61,350 nt of DNA from SAR86 cluster bacterium (GTDB taxonomy: Bacteria > Pseudomonadota > Gammaproteobacteria > Magnimaribacterales > TMED112), in the NCBI GenBank assembly GCA_004321845.1, contig SHBL01000001.1, forward strand, positions 1 through 61,350. Reading direction: 5' to 3'. Shown piece after piece: positions 50,423 through 59,869 of this stretch (position 1 is its first letter; each line of letters opens with the position of its first letter). Below the pieces are notes generated by a model. The model had not been told where the DNA came from. It searched no databases and was given only the letters and a program-made list of their open reading frames with translations. The position numbers and the translations under genes are program-made.

Positions 50423-51437
50423 TATTATTGCCACCTTGACCACCGCCACCTATACCAAAAGGCTCTCCTCTAATACAACCATAAATATAAGGAAAATCTT
50501 CAGTGGCATGGTAGTGGTATTCATAACCATGAGGGTTATCATGACTATGGCCATTACACTCATCCAAGTAAATTTCTAGATTATCCTTTTCAACGTACTC
50601 ATAGGCATCAAAAACATACCTTTGTGGATTCTGACCATCAATTAATTCATAGCTGCTTTGTGGTGATACAAGATTAACTCCATCGTTATTGGCATACTCA
50701 TATTCATTGAAAATTGGGAAGCCATCAGGTCCAAAACCTAAAATTAATGAGGTATATAAGATCTCTGGTTGCGGGTCTGTTGCAGGGTTAGCAGTTAAAC
50801 CATTGGGATTAAAACATCTAAAATTTAGTGCATGGTTATGATAGGCAAAAGCAGTATGCCCACCGCAATCATCTAAAATATTATTGTAGACAGGGTCACC
50901 GTAAGCTTGGTTTGCAGGCTGCCCTCCCTCTGTTGGACCAAAGATATTTAAGCCTGTATTAGTAAAACCCATATAACCAAGCACAACTGGGCCATTAGCA
51001 CCAATATTAGTAGGTTGTCTTGATACATCATAGGAAGGCTCAAGAGGTACACTCCATTGTTCATCTCTTTCAACCAAGTCATTTGGAGTCATTGGTATAA
51101 AACTATAGTGTGGAACAGAATTTGAATTTATAACTAGGTTTCCATTTGAACAAGACACCTGCAATCTTGGCATCATATTGTACTGTTCTCCTGGTCCAGG
51201 AGCTTCGCTAACATCTAAAAATGCTTCTTTGATATGTGTAGGGCAATTTTCATCCATTTCATAAACACCTGTTGGAGCTGGAGTTGGAGCTGGAGTAGGT
51301 TCTGGTGTTGGGGCTGGTGTTGGGGCTGGTGTTGGTATTGGTTCAGGAGCTGAAGATCCTCCACCACTTCCACCGCCACATGCTACAAGCAATATTGTTG
51401 TAATAACTATTTTTGTAAAATTTTTAATATTAAGCAT
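50415..51437 (-). CDS. lipoprotein with PT-rich linker and YHYH domain (function unknown)
   Basis: Lipobox [41 protein letters not shown] linker, and His-rich C-terminal CNGHSHDNPHGYEYHYHAT matching the YHYH-domain signature. Confidence 0.65.
   Translation of the reverse strand: MLNIKNFTKIVITTILLVACGGGSGGGSSAPEPIPTPAPTPAPTPEPTPAPTPAPTGVYEMDENCPTHIKEAFLDVSEAPGPGEQYNMMPRLQVSCSNGNLVINSNSVPHYSFIPMTPNDLVERDEQWSVPLEPSYDVSRQPTNIGANGPVVLGYMGFTNTGLNIFGPTEGGQPANQAYGDPVYNNILDDCGGHTAFAYHNHALNFRCFNPNGLTANPATDPQPEILYTSLILGFGPDGFPIFNEYEYANNDGVNLVSPQSSYELIDGQNPQRYVFDAYEYVEKDNLEIYLDECNGHSHDNPHGYEYHYHATEDFPYIYGCIRGEPFGIGGGGQGGNNND
51271..51342. repeat. imperfect 12-nt tandem repeat encoding the PT linker of the YHYH lipoprotein
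   Basis: Six 12-nt units: gttggagctgga x2, gtaggttctggt, gttggggctggt x2, gttggtattggt. Confidence 0.85.
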
Positions 51438-51448
51438 GTTATGTGGAC

Positions 51449-54400
51449 TTAGTTCTCCACAGTAAAACTATTGCCTGGTACTGTAAAGGTTTTACCATCA
51501 CTGAAAGTCACTACCAAAGGCTCATTATTAAAGTTATAAGCAACATAATTAATTTCATTATTCTTTTTAAAAGCTACTGCTGCAGGATGGTTAGCTGTGA
51601 GATCCCCAGTTCCTGTTTGTATATGGCCTAAAGCATTAAATGTATGCAACCAATGGTAAGTATGGGCTTTTGATTCACCAGCTTCAGTATTGTAGTTTGG
51701 TGCCATAGTTTCGTAGTCAGCTATAGCATTTTCAGAATCAACCATAGCCCATAGATTCCACCATAAATCTCGCCATTGATCTTCTGATAATCCAGATGGT
51801 TTGCCATTGGAAGACTCTGATAATCCTAATGTGACATAATCTTCCATATAATCTTTATATTGGCTAACGTGAAAAATTAATGGGTTTGAAGGTAGGCCTT
51901 GGATGCCAAGGATATGTGCATAAGCTGGACTAAACCAGGTTGAAAAATCTGCTCCTGCCGACCAAATTATTGAAGTTGTGATCTTGTCATAACCTGGGAT
52001 GAAATTATCGTAATCAGCTCCAAGGTTTTTATACCCATCAATGTTATTCCAATATTGCCAGTAGGCTGCTGAAGTGGAGGCGTGTAAATAGATGCCTTTG
52101 TTTACGAGTTCCTGGTTGTTAGTAATTAAGCCGTAAAGAATTATTGCACCATATGAATTTGCTGCTTCTGATGTTGATTCATTATTATTGCCTTGTAATG
52201 CATCTGCCTTACCATCAGCCCAAGAGAAACCATTAGCTGGATCAAAATTTCTTAATGAAGGGAACATTTCGTCACCAGGATCGCCTGCATAGTCTCGAAT
52301 AAGCAACTCAACCATTGGGCCATATTGTTCTTGTGAACACCAGCTTCTGTCTTGTCGACAAATTTCTGCTGCTGCTCTGACAAAATATCCATAATGGAAA
52401 TGATGGTCTGCAAGTCTTTGGTGGGAACCAAAAGCTTCTTCAATTCCTAATAAAGTATCCCACTCTTCATCGTAAACAAAATATCGCACCTCATCGAGAG
52501 CTCCACCTGTTTCAGCTGTAAACCAGTCTGAGAGCTGTGATTTAAGCCACTGTATAATTTGATCAGCTTCTTGATCCATACCAATTGCACGAGCAATGCC
52601 TGCTATCTCAGCTGCTTTACCATAAGCCTTTCCAGACCAATATGTATCTGTACTATTTATCCAACTATCTTCACCGCCCGTCATGTAATCTTGTATGAAC
52701 TGTTCAAGTGTATTCACATCATATGTATCTGGTATCGATGGCATTAAAGGCAAAATGCCTACAAAAGGAATTTGATAATCAAAAGATGATAGTTCAGCAA
52801 ACTTAACAATACCTCTAGCACTTCTGATTTTATATTCTGAAGTTTCTTGGTCAGAAAATTTCCAATGCATAGGGTGCATTCCAACAATAGTATCTACAGA
52901 GTTACCTTCAGAGTCTAAATAATTATGACTAACTGAAACTGTATTAGATGATCGATCAACTGAATAGTTTATATCTACTTCACTAACGATATTCCTTGCT
53001 TTACTGGCAAAAAAATTAGAAATATTATCAGACGGCATGCCATCTAAAATTGGTAAGTAGCTTACAGTAAATGAATGGTAGGCTTCGCCATTATCAGGTT
53101 TTGTCATCTCAATATTATTGCTAGAAATATTTGAAAAAACTGTTCCAACTGAGCCTGTTATAAGGAAATTATTTCTAATTCCAGCAACATCTGTCCAAAC
53201 TCCAAGATTATTATCAAATTCATAAAAAGTGCCTTTTTCATTACCATCTGAGGCCTTAGTTACAATAATTGGATCGCCATCAAAGACTGTAAAGTAAACA
53301 TATGGTGAGCCATGAACAAAAGTTGCCCTCATGATATTTGTCTCGTTATCAGCAGTCCATCCAACTGTAACTGAGCCATCACTATAATCAACTAAATATG
53401 CATTTAACTCTGAATGTTTTGAATTTGCGATTGCAATACCATCAAAGACTTCAGCAAATGGTTCAGGACCATCATATCGTGGAAAATTCCCAAAGAGTTT
53501 ATAACCTCCTGGCAATCCCATTAGCCTTGCACCTTTATTGCTTACTCTTGCTCGAATTGGGTCTGCAGTAATATGCGCTGTACCATTCACATCTCCTATT
53601 GTCATCTCTCCTAGAAATGGAATTGATCCCCACCACCTATGTGTTGGAACATTTTTTTCTTGCGCTGTATATTGTGGTTGTAGTTTTACAGGATTTCCTG
53701 AAGGAATGTTAGTTGATGCATCACAGCCCGATATTGCAGGCTCTACTACACCGGCATTATATATCCAGTTTCCAAAATCTACTGCACAACGATAACTATC
53801 AGGATTTATAGTATCTGATACATTGCCTGCTCCAAATTCAATTAAATTATAAGTTACCGGAGTTCCAGAACCTCCATCATTAGGATCCGTTGGTGGCGTT
53901 GCCCCATCTGCAATACCTGTGAAACGAACATTATCAATCTGGTATATTAGTCCTGCTCCCGTTTGAAATTCTGGGAAAAAGACCATTGGTGCAGTTATGC
54001 TTCCAAGATCCAGTTCACCACTTTCTGTTAATGAAGAGACAGGAAAATCAATAAACTCCCATTCACCTGTAGAATTAATGCCATTAACTGATAACTCTCC
54101 AGAGATTAACGAACCACTTTCAACCTTTACATAAAAACCACCAGATAGTTCAGAGGCTCCATCGTCAATAATTTTAATATCAAAAGATAAAGAGCCTTCA
54201 GAATAATCGCTGAGATTCACTGCAGGAGATGGTCCAATTACTAAGCCAGCATGCCCTGCATTTGATAAGTAAGTTACTTCTAATACTTCGCCTCTTTCTT
54301 CGTCAATAACAACTTCCCAATCAACACTTTCACAAGTTTCTGTGCCGCTAGTTTCATTAGTGCAATCTGAGTATCCATTTAATTCATCAAAAAATGATAA

Positions 54401-54646
54401 ATACGTATTTCCACCCCAAATATCTCCAACATTCCCATCATTTAGTACCGTTACATCCATGTCTGTTGGATCAGTATCTGGGGCTGGTGTTGGGGCTGGT
54501 GTTGGGGCTGGTGTTGGGGCTGGTGTTGGGGCTGGTGTTGGGGCTGGTGTTGGTATTGGTTCAGGAGCTGAAGATCCTCCACCACCTCCGCCGCAAGCAG
54601 TCAAAACTAGTATAGAAAAAATTGTAATGAGATTTTTTAACGACAT
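51449..54646 (-). CDS. lipoprotein GH81-family endo-beta-1,3-glucanase with PT linker and an N-terminal beta-sandwich-like module
   Basis: Lipobox VLTAC, (PAPT)n linker, and GH81 catalytic-region motifs DHHFHYGYF and [12 protein letters not shown]. The ATG overlaps the lysS stop (TAATG). Confidence 0.78.
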   Translation of the reverse strand: MSLKNLITIFSILVLTACGGGGGGSSAPEPIPTPAPTPAPTPAPTPAPTPAPTPAPDTDPTDMDVTVLNDGNVGDIWGGNTYLSFFDELNGYSDCTNETSGTETCESVDWEVVIDEERGEVLEVTYLSNAGHAGLVIGPSPAVNLSDYSEGSLSFDIKIIDDGASELSGGFYVKVESGSLISGELSVNGINSTGEWEFIDFPVSSLTESGELDLGSITAPMVFFPEFQTGAGLIYQIDNVRFTGIADGATPPTDPNDGGSGTPVTYNLIEFGAGNVSDTINPDSYRCAVDFGNWIYNAGVVEPAISGCDASTNIPSGNPVKLQPQYTAQEKNVPTHRWWGSIPFLGEMTIGDVNGTAHITADPIRARVSNKGARLMGLPGGYKLFGNFPRYDGPEPFAEVFDGIAIANSKHSELNAYLVDYSDGSVTVGWTADNETNIMRATFVHGSPYVYFTVFDGDPIIVTKASDGNEKGTFYEFDNNLGVWTDVAGIRNNFLITGSVGTVFSNISSNNIEMTKPDNGEAYHSFTVSYLPILDGMPSDNISNFFASKARNIVSEVDINYSVDRSSNTVSVSHNYLDSEGNSVDTIVGMHPMHWKFSDQETSEYKIRSARGIVKFAELSSFDYQIPFVGILPLMPSIPDTYDVNTLEQFIQDYMTGGEDSWINSTDTYWSGKAYGKAAEIAGIARAIGMDQEADQIIQWLKSQLSDWFTAETGGALDEVRYFVYDEEWDTLLGIEEAFGSHQRLADHHFHYGYFVRAAAEICRQDRSWCSQEQYGPMVELLIRDYAGDPGDEMFPSLRNFDPANGFSWADGKADALQGNNNESTSEAANSYGAIILYGLITNNQELVNKGIYLHASTSAAYWQYWNNIDGYKNLGADYDNFIPGYDKITTSIIWSAGADFSTWFSPAYAHILGIQGLPSNPLIFHVSQYKDYMEDYVTLGLSESSNGKPSGLSEDQWRDLWWNLWAMVDSENAIADYETMAPNYNTEAGESKAHTYHWLHTFNALGHIQTGTGDLTANHPAAVAFKKNNEINYVAYNFNNEPLVVTFSDGKTFTVPGNSFTVEN
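54480..54551. repeat. six perfect copies of a 12-nt tandem repeat (ggggctggtgtt) encoding (PAPT)n
   Basis: Read directly from the sequence; the units are contiguous and identical. Confidence 0.9.
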
Positions 54647-56109
54647 TACTTTAATGTAGGGAAAAGAACTACATCTCTAATAGAACTTTTATTTGTCGCT
54701 AACATTACTAGCCTATCAATCCCTAAGCCTACACCCATTGCTGGTGGCATTCCATGTCTTAAAGCATTGATATAATCATCATCGTATAACATAGCTTCTT
54801 CATCACCAGAGTCTTTTTGCTTAACTTGCTGCATAAACCTTTCCTCTTGGTCGGTTGGGTCATTCAACTCACAGAAAAAATTTGCAAATTCTCTTCCAGC
54901 GATAAATAGTTCTATTCTATCTGTATAGTCTTTGTCATCATCTTTTCTTCTAGAAAGAGGAGAAACTTCATAAGGATAATCTTTAACAAATGTTGGTTTC
55001 CAAAGCTTCTTTTCAACGTGTTCTTCGAACAACTCAAGAAGCACCTTACCCCAACCCCAATCTTTTTTAATTTTTATGCCATTATTTTCAGCAGCGTTAA
55101 ATATTTGTTCTTCTGTATCAAGATCAGCTTTTAATTCATCTTTAACTAAATCTTTTAAAGATTTAACATCAAAGTCATTTTTTAAATCTAACTCTTTTTC
55201 TTCATATGTAATCGTTAGAGAGTCATTGACAGCCAATATGCTATCTTGAACTAATTTTTGTACAAATAAGGTAGTTTTCTTAAGCGTTCCATATGCTTCA
55301 TAGAACTCTAACATTGTAAATTCTGGATTATGTATCGTAGATAACCCTTCATTCCTAAAGTTGCGGTTAATTTCAAAAACTTTTTCAAAACCACCAACTA
55401 GCAGTCTTTTTAAATAAAGTTCTGGAGCAATTCTAAGGAATAATTCCTTATCTAGTGCATTGTGATGTGTTTTGAATGGTTTAGCATTTGCGCCTCCAGG
55501 TATAGGGTGCATCATTGGTGTCTCAACCTCGAGATACCCAGCTTCTTCTAAATTCTTTCTTATTGATTGGATAATTTTATTTCTTTTAACAAATATTTCT
55601 CTTGAATCCTTATTGCTCATTAAGTCTACATATCTTTGTCTGTAAATTTTTTCAATGTCGGTTAGGCCAGCATGTTTTTCTGGCATTGGATTTAAGGACT
55701 TAGTTATAAGCTTGAAATCTTTTACTTCGATGGTTAGTTCATCAGTTCTTGTTCTAAATAGAACCCCTTCAATACCGACGATATCTCCTAAGTCTAAATC
55801 TTTAACTTCCTCTAGCCTTTCTTCTAAATTATTTTTTGAGAAATAAGCTTGGATCTGACCAGAAAAGTCTTCAATTGTCATGAATACAACTTTTCCCATT
55901 TCTCTTTTAAGGACAACTCTACCAGCATTGCAAGCGGTTGCATTTTTCTTTTCAAGAACCTCTTTAGATAAACTACCAAAGTCCTCAATTAAATGGGAAA
56001 TTTCATATTTTTTTTCAAAATCGTTTGGATAGTTAAAGCCCTCACTTCGAAGTTTCAATAATTTAGCTTCTCTATCTTTCTGAACTTTTGATAAATTTTT
56101 AGTATCCAT
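54646..56109 (-). CDS. lysS: lysyl-tRNA synthetase (class II)
   Basis: 487 aa with an OB-fold N-domain and class II motifs (FRNEG, GLGIDRL). Confidence 0.95.
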   Translation of the reverse strand: MDTKNLSKVQKDREAKLLKLRSEGFNYPNDFEKKYEISHLIEDFGSLSKEVLEKKNATACNAGRVVLKREMGKVVFMTIEDFSGQIQAYFSKNNLEERLEEVKDLDLGDIVGIEGVLFRTRTDELTIEVKDFKLITKSLNPMPEKHAGLTDIEKIYRQRYVDLMSNKDSREIFVKRNKIIQSIRKNLEEAGYLEVETPMMHPIPGGANAKPFKTHHNALDKELFLRIAPELYLKRLLVGGFEKVFEINRNFRNEGLSTIHNPEFTMLEFYEAYGTLKKTTLFVQKLVQDSILAVNDSLTITYEEKELDLKNDFDVKSLKDLVKDELKADLDTEEQIFNAAENNGIKIKKDWGWGKVLLELFEEHVEKKLWKPTFVKDYPYEVSPLSRRKDDDKDYTDRIELFIAGREFANFFCELNDPTDQEERFMQQVKQKDSGDEEAMLYDDDYINALRHGMPPAMGVGLGIDRLVMLATNKSSIRDVVLFPTLK

Positions 56110-57194
56110 TTTTTAAACTTTCTTTTATGAAGTTATTAATTTTACCATCTAAAACTGATTGAGTATTTGTTTCCTCATGCTTTGTTCTGATATCTTTTAT
56201 TCTAGATTGGTCCAATACATAAGATCTTATTTGGTTGCCCCAACCTATATCCGTTTTTGAATCTTCTATCTTTTTTATCTCCTCCTCCTTTTTTTGCATT
56301 TCCATTTCATAAAGTCTTGATTTGAGCTGCTTAATCGCTCGATCTTTATTTTGATGTTGTGATCTTTGAGATTGACATTGAACTACAAGTCCACTTGGAA
56401 TGTGAGTAAGCCTAACTGCAGAATCTGTTTTGTTAACATGTTGTCCACCTGCACCAGAAGCTCTATATGTATCAATTCTTACCTGTGACATATCCAAATC
56501 AATTTCAATGTCATCATCTATTTCAGGAGAAATAAAAACTGCAGCAAACGATGTATGTCTTCTGTTTCCTGAATCAAAGGGAGATTTTCTTACTAGTCTA
56601 TGAATCCCTGTTTCAGTCCTTAACCAGCCATATGCATACTGACCGCTAATATGGATACTCGCACTTTTTATGCCTGCTACATCTCCGACAGAGTATTCTT
56701 CAATCTTAACTTTAAAACCCATATCTTCAGACCATCTCATATACATTCTGTATAACATTTCGGCCCAATCTTGTGCTTCTGTACCGCCAGAACCAGATTG
56801 AATATCTAAGAATGCATTGTTAGGGTCTGTCTCTCTGGAAAAATATTTTTTTGTCTCTAATGAGTCAATTTCAGCATTTAGTTCAACTAAAGCACTATTT
56901 TGATTACTCAATTCATCTATTTCACCCAATTCAATAGATATGTTTATTAAATCTTTAATATCAGCAAGCTTGGTTTCAATAACATCAAACTCATGAATTT
57001 TTATTTCGAGTCCTATTTTGTCTTTATTAAGACCATTAAGCTTTTTGTGGTCTTTCCACAAATCTGGATCTTGTAATTTTTTTTCTAACTCTTCTAATTG
57101 ATTGTTAAGATTTTCAGGGTCAAAGAAACCCCCTCAATTCTTCAACTCTATCTGAAGTTTTATTTAAGAGTAAATTTAATTCTGCTTTATCCAC
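56099..57194 (-). CDS. prfB: peptide chain release factor 2, requiring a programmed +1 frameshift
   Basis: Frame 0: GTG at 57194, then 24 codons (MDKAELNLLLNKTSDRVEELRGFL) ending CTT TGA. The +1 frame continues DPENLNNQLEELEKKLQDPDLWKDH... through the SPF and GGQ (GAGGQHVN) motifs. Confidence 0.9.
57119..57134 (-). promoter_or_regulatory. prfB +1 frameshift site (internal SD-like AGGGGG + CTT TGA C)
   Basis: The minus strand reads AGGGGG TTT CTT TGA C, essentially the canonical RF2 autoregulatory site. Confidence 0.9.
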
Positions 57195-57891
57195 TTTCTA
57201 ATATCTTAATTAACTCATTTGCAGGTATATAACCTGAAAATTTTCTTCCATCTTCCAAAATAATTGTAGGTGTTCCTGTAATTCCAATCAAACTGCCTTT
57301 TCTAAAATGTTCATCAACTGGGTTATTACAATCTTTATTTTCAATATTTTCACCTTTCTTTAGCTTGTTTAGGGAATCTTTAGGGTCTGAACTGCACCAA
57401 GCACTTACCATGTCCTTATAAACTTCACTATCAAGACCATCTCTTGGAAAAGCAAGATAGTTAATTGTTATTCCATTTGATAAATATTGATCAATTTCAC
57501 TATGAAGCAGCCTACAGTAGCTACATGTTACATCTGTAAAAATTTTTAATTTAAACTTTTCATTGCTTGAAATAAAATCAATACTCTCATCTGCTTCAAT
57601 AGAATCAATAATATTTTTTATCAATTTACTTTCATATACATCGTTTAAACTTGTTATTTCACCGTTATTTAGTGCAATAACCTCGCCTGCCAAAACAAAT
57701 TTAAAATCATTTGAAACATAAAGAATTTGATTATTTGCTACATTTACCACATAAAATTCTGGAATTGATGATTCTTCAATAAAGTTTATGGGCAATCCAG
57801 CTGGTAAAATTTTTGAAATTTTACTTAACAGGTCTTCTTCAGAAACCAACGTAAAGAATGAAAAATATAAAATAAATATTAAATTTCTCAT
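57187..57891 (-). CDS. dsbC: thiol:disulfide interchange protein DsbC
   Basis: Signal peptide, CSYC active site and GTPTIILEDGRKFSGY motif. Confidence 0.8.
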   Translation of the reverse strand: MRNLIFILYFSFFTLVSEEDLLSKISKILPAGLPINFIEESSIPEFYVVNVANNQILYVSNDFKFVLAGEVIALNNGEITSLNDVYESKLIKNIIDSIEADESIDFISSNEKFKLKIFTDVTCSYCRLLHSEIDQYLSNGITINYLAFPRDGLDSEVYKDMVSAWCSSDPKDSLNKLKKGENIENKDCNNPVDEHFRKGSLIGITGTPTIILEDGRKFSGYIPANELIKILESG

Positions 57892-58787
57892 TAGCCTCTA
57901 GGGTGATGTTTTTTATGTAATTTTTGCACTTCAGCTTGAGCAACATGAGTATAAATTTGTGTAGTGGCTAGATCAGAGTGTCCTAATAAAAGCTGGACAG
58001 ATCTCAGATCAGCGCCATTATTTAACATATGGGTTGCGAACGCATGTCTCAAAGTATGTGGATGAACTTCTTTGCTTACATTAACTCTTTTCATATAAGC
58101 TTTAATTCTGTGCCAAAAACTATGTCTACTAATCTGCTTTCCATGTGTAGAAACAAAGATATTGTTATGATCTTTTCCCTTAGCCAATTTATCTCGAGCA
58201 TCTTGTAAGTATTTTTTAATCATTTTCATGGAATCATCTGTAAGTGGTATTAATCTCTCTTTACCACCCTTACCAATAACCTGAACAGAACCTCTTGTTA
58301 GATTTATATTATGTAGATTTAGACTAATTAATTCACTTATCCTCATACCAGTTGCATATAAAGTGTAAAGCATTGCCTTATCTCTTAACTCTATAGCTCT
58401 TTCTTCATTTGGAGCATCAAGAATTTGTTGTGTTTCTTCTACTGTAAGTGTTGTAGGTAAGAAGAGTCCTGATTTTGGAGAATCTATATTTAACATAGGA
58501 TTAATCTTCAGATGTTCTACTGAGATTAGATATTTATAAAAACTTTTAAGCGATGAGATATTTCTTGAAACTGTTTTTGAAGAAAAGCCTTTATCTAGAA
58601 GATGGCTTAAAAAAGATAAAATTAAGAAATGATCAGCCACCAAAACAGATTTTTCATTTTTCTCTAAGAAGTTTTTAAATTTATCTAAATCTGTTTTATA
58701 AGATGAGAGTGTATTTTGTGATAAGTTTTTTTCGAGCCAAAGGGAGTCTATGAAAGTTTCAATGAGTAATTTTGATTCGGACTGCAC
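57891..58787 (-). CDS. xerD: tyrosine recombinase XerD
   Basis: 298 aa with R...HxxR...Y catalytic pattern (HTLRHAFATH, LLGHSDLATTQIYTH). Confidence 0.88.
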   Translation of the reverse strand: MQSESKLLIETFIDSLWLEKNLSQNTLSSYKTDLDKFKNFLEKNEKSVLVADHFLILSFLSHLLDKGFSSKTVSRNISSLKSFYKYLISVEHLKINPMLNIDSPKSGLFLPTTLTVEETQQILDAPNEERAIELRDKAMLYTLYATGMRISELISLNLHNINLTRGSVQVIGKGGKERLIPLTDDSMKMIKKYLQDARDKLAKGKDHNNIFVSTHGKQISRHSFWHRIKAYMKRVNVSKEVHPHTLRHAFATHMLNNGADLRSVQLLLGHSDLATTQIYTHVAQAEVQKLHKKHHPRG

Positions 58788-59134
58788 TAACTAATTTTTT
58801 CTTTAATCCTAGCAGATTTTCCTGATCTTTCACGAATGTAATAAAGTTTGGACTGTCTCACTAAACCTTTTCTTTTAACAGTTATTGAATCTATTAAAGG
58901 GCTGTGAGTCTGAAAAGTTCTTTCAACTCCAACTCCATTAGAAATTTTCCTTACTATAAATGATGAATTAAGACCTCTATTTTTCTTACTTATTACCAGA
59001 CCTTCAAAAGCTTGGAGTCTTGTTCTCTGGCCTTCAGTAACTTTGACTTTAATTACAACAGTATCACCAGTTCTAAATTCTGGCTGTTCTTTAAGTTGAT
59101 CTTTTTCGATCTTTTCAATAATTTTTTTAGTCAT
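58787..59134 (-). CDS. rplS: 50S ribosomal protein L19
   Basis: 115 aa; [26 protein letters not shown] is a canonical L19 pattern. Confidence 0.95.
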   Translation of the reverse strand: MTKKIIEKIEKDQLKEQPEFRTGDTVVIKVKVTEGQRTRLQAFEGLVISKKNRGLNSSFIVRKISNGVGVERTFQTHSPLIDSITVKRKGLVRQSKLYYIRERSGKSARIKEKIS

Positions 59135-59136
59135 TT

Positions 59137-59859
59137 TTATAATATAGAGTCTTCGTATTGACGTAATAATATCATTTCTTTTTCTGAAAGTTGCAATTGT
59201 TTAAATAAATCGGGGCGTTTTTCTCTCGTTACCCATAAACTATTGCCAATTTTCCATTCTTCAATTTTTTTATGGTCTCCTGACAGCAATATTTCAGGAA
59301 CTTTTGATCCCCTATATTCAAAAGGTTTTGTATATGAGTGCCCTTTTAACCTCGAAGAACTAAGACTGTCTTTAGTTACTGAATCTTTATTTCCAATAAC
59401 ACCTGGAATATTCCTAAGAATTGCATCAATAACTACTGATGCAGCTATCTCACCACCACTAAGAACATAATCACCAATTGAAAGTTCCTCATCAACATGT
59501 CTATCAATAAATCTTTGATCAATACCTTCGTATCTTCCACAAATAAAAGTAATGTTTTTAAATGAAGACAGTTCTATAGCTTTGTTTTGATTAAATAATG
59601 TGCCCTGTGGGCTTAAATTAATTACATGGCCAGGTGATTCTATAGAATGTAAGGATTTCTCAAGAGGTTCTATTCCTATCAACATCCCTTCTCCGCCTCC
59701 ATATGGGGTATCATCAACGCTGCCATAAGTATTGGTAGAAAATTCTTTTAAGTTTATAAGATTTAGCTCTGCAAAATTTTTTGTAATTGCTTTACCAGTA
59801 AGTCCTTTTAATGAGGATTCTATTATTTCTGGAAATAATGAAATTATATTTATATTCAT
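59137..59859 (-). CDS. trmD: tRNA (guanine37-N1)-methyltransferase
   Basis: [12 protein letters not shown] start, [10 protein letters not shown] and [11 protein letters not shown] motifs. The ATG at 59859 avoids overlap with the upstream gene. Confidence 0.92.
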   Translation of the reverse strand: MNINIISLFPEIIESSLKGLTGKAITKNFAELNLINLKEFSTNTYGSVDDTPYGGGEGMLIGIEPLEKSLHSIESPGHVINLSPQGTLFNQNKAIELSSFKNITFICGRYEGIDQRFIDRHVDEELSIGDYVLSGGEIAASVVIDAILRNIPGVIGNKDSVTKDSLSSSRLKGHSYTKPFEYRGSKVPEILLSGDHKKIEEWKIGNSLWVTREKRPDLFKQLQLSEKEMILLRQYEDSIL

Positions 59860-59869
59860 ATTCTTTAAT

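Noticed and set aside
54342-54659. ORFs 54342-54659 and 54394-54615 (GAGV and LGLV repeat peptides), and the possibility that the 12-nt repeat is a non-coding satellite or CRISPR-like array.
   Set aside because: These are other-strand and other-frame readings of the (PAPT)n linker of the GH81 lipoprotein. The units are contiguous with no spacers, so this is a coding microsatellite rather than CRISPR.
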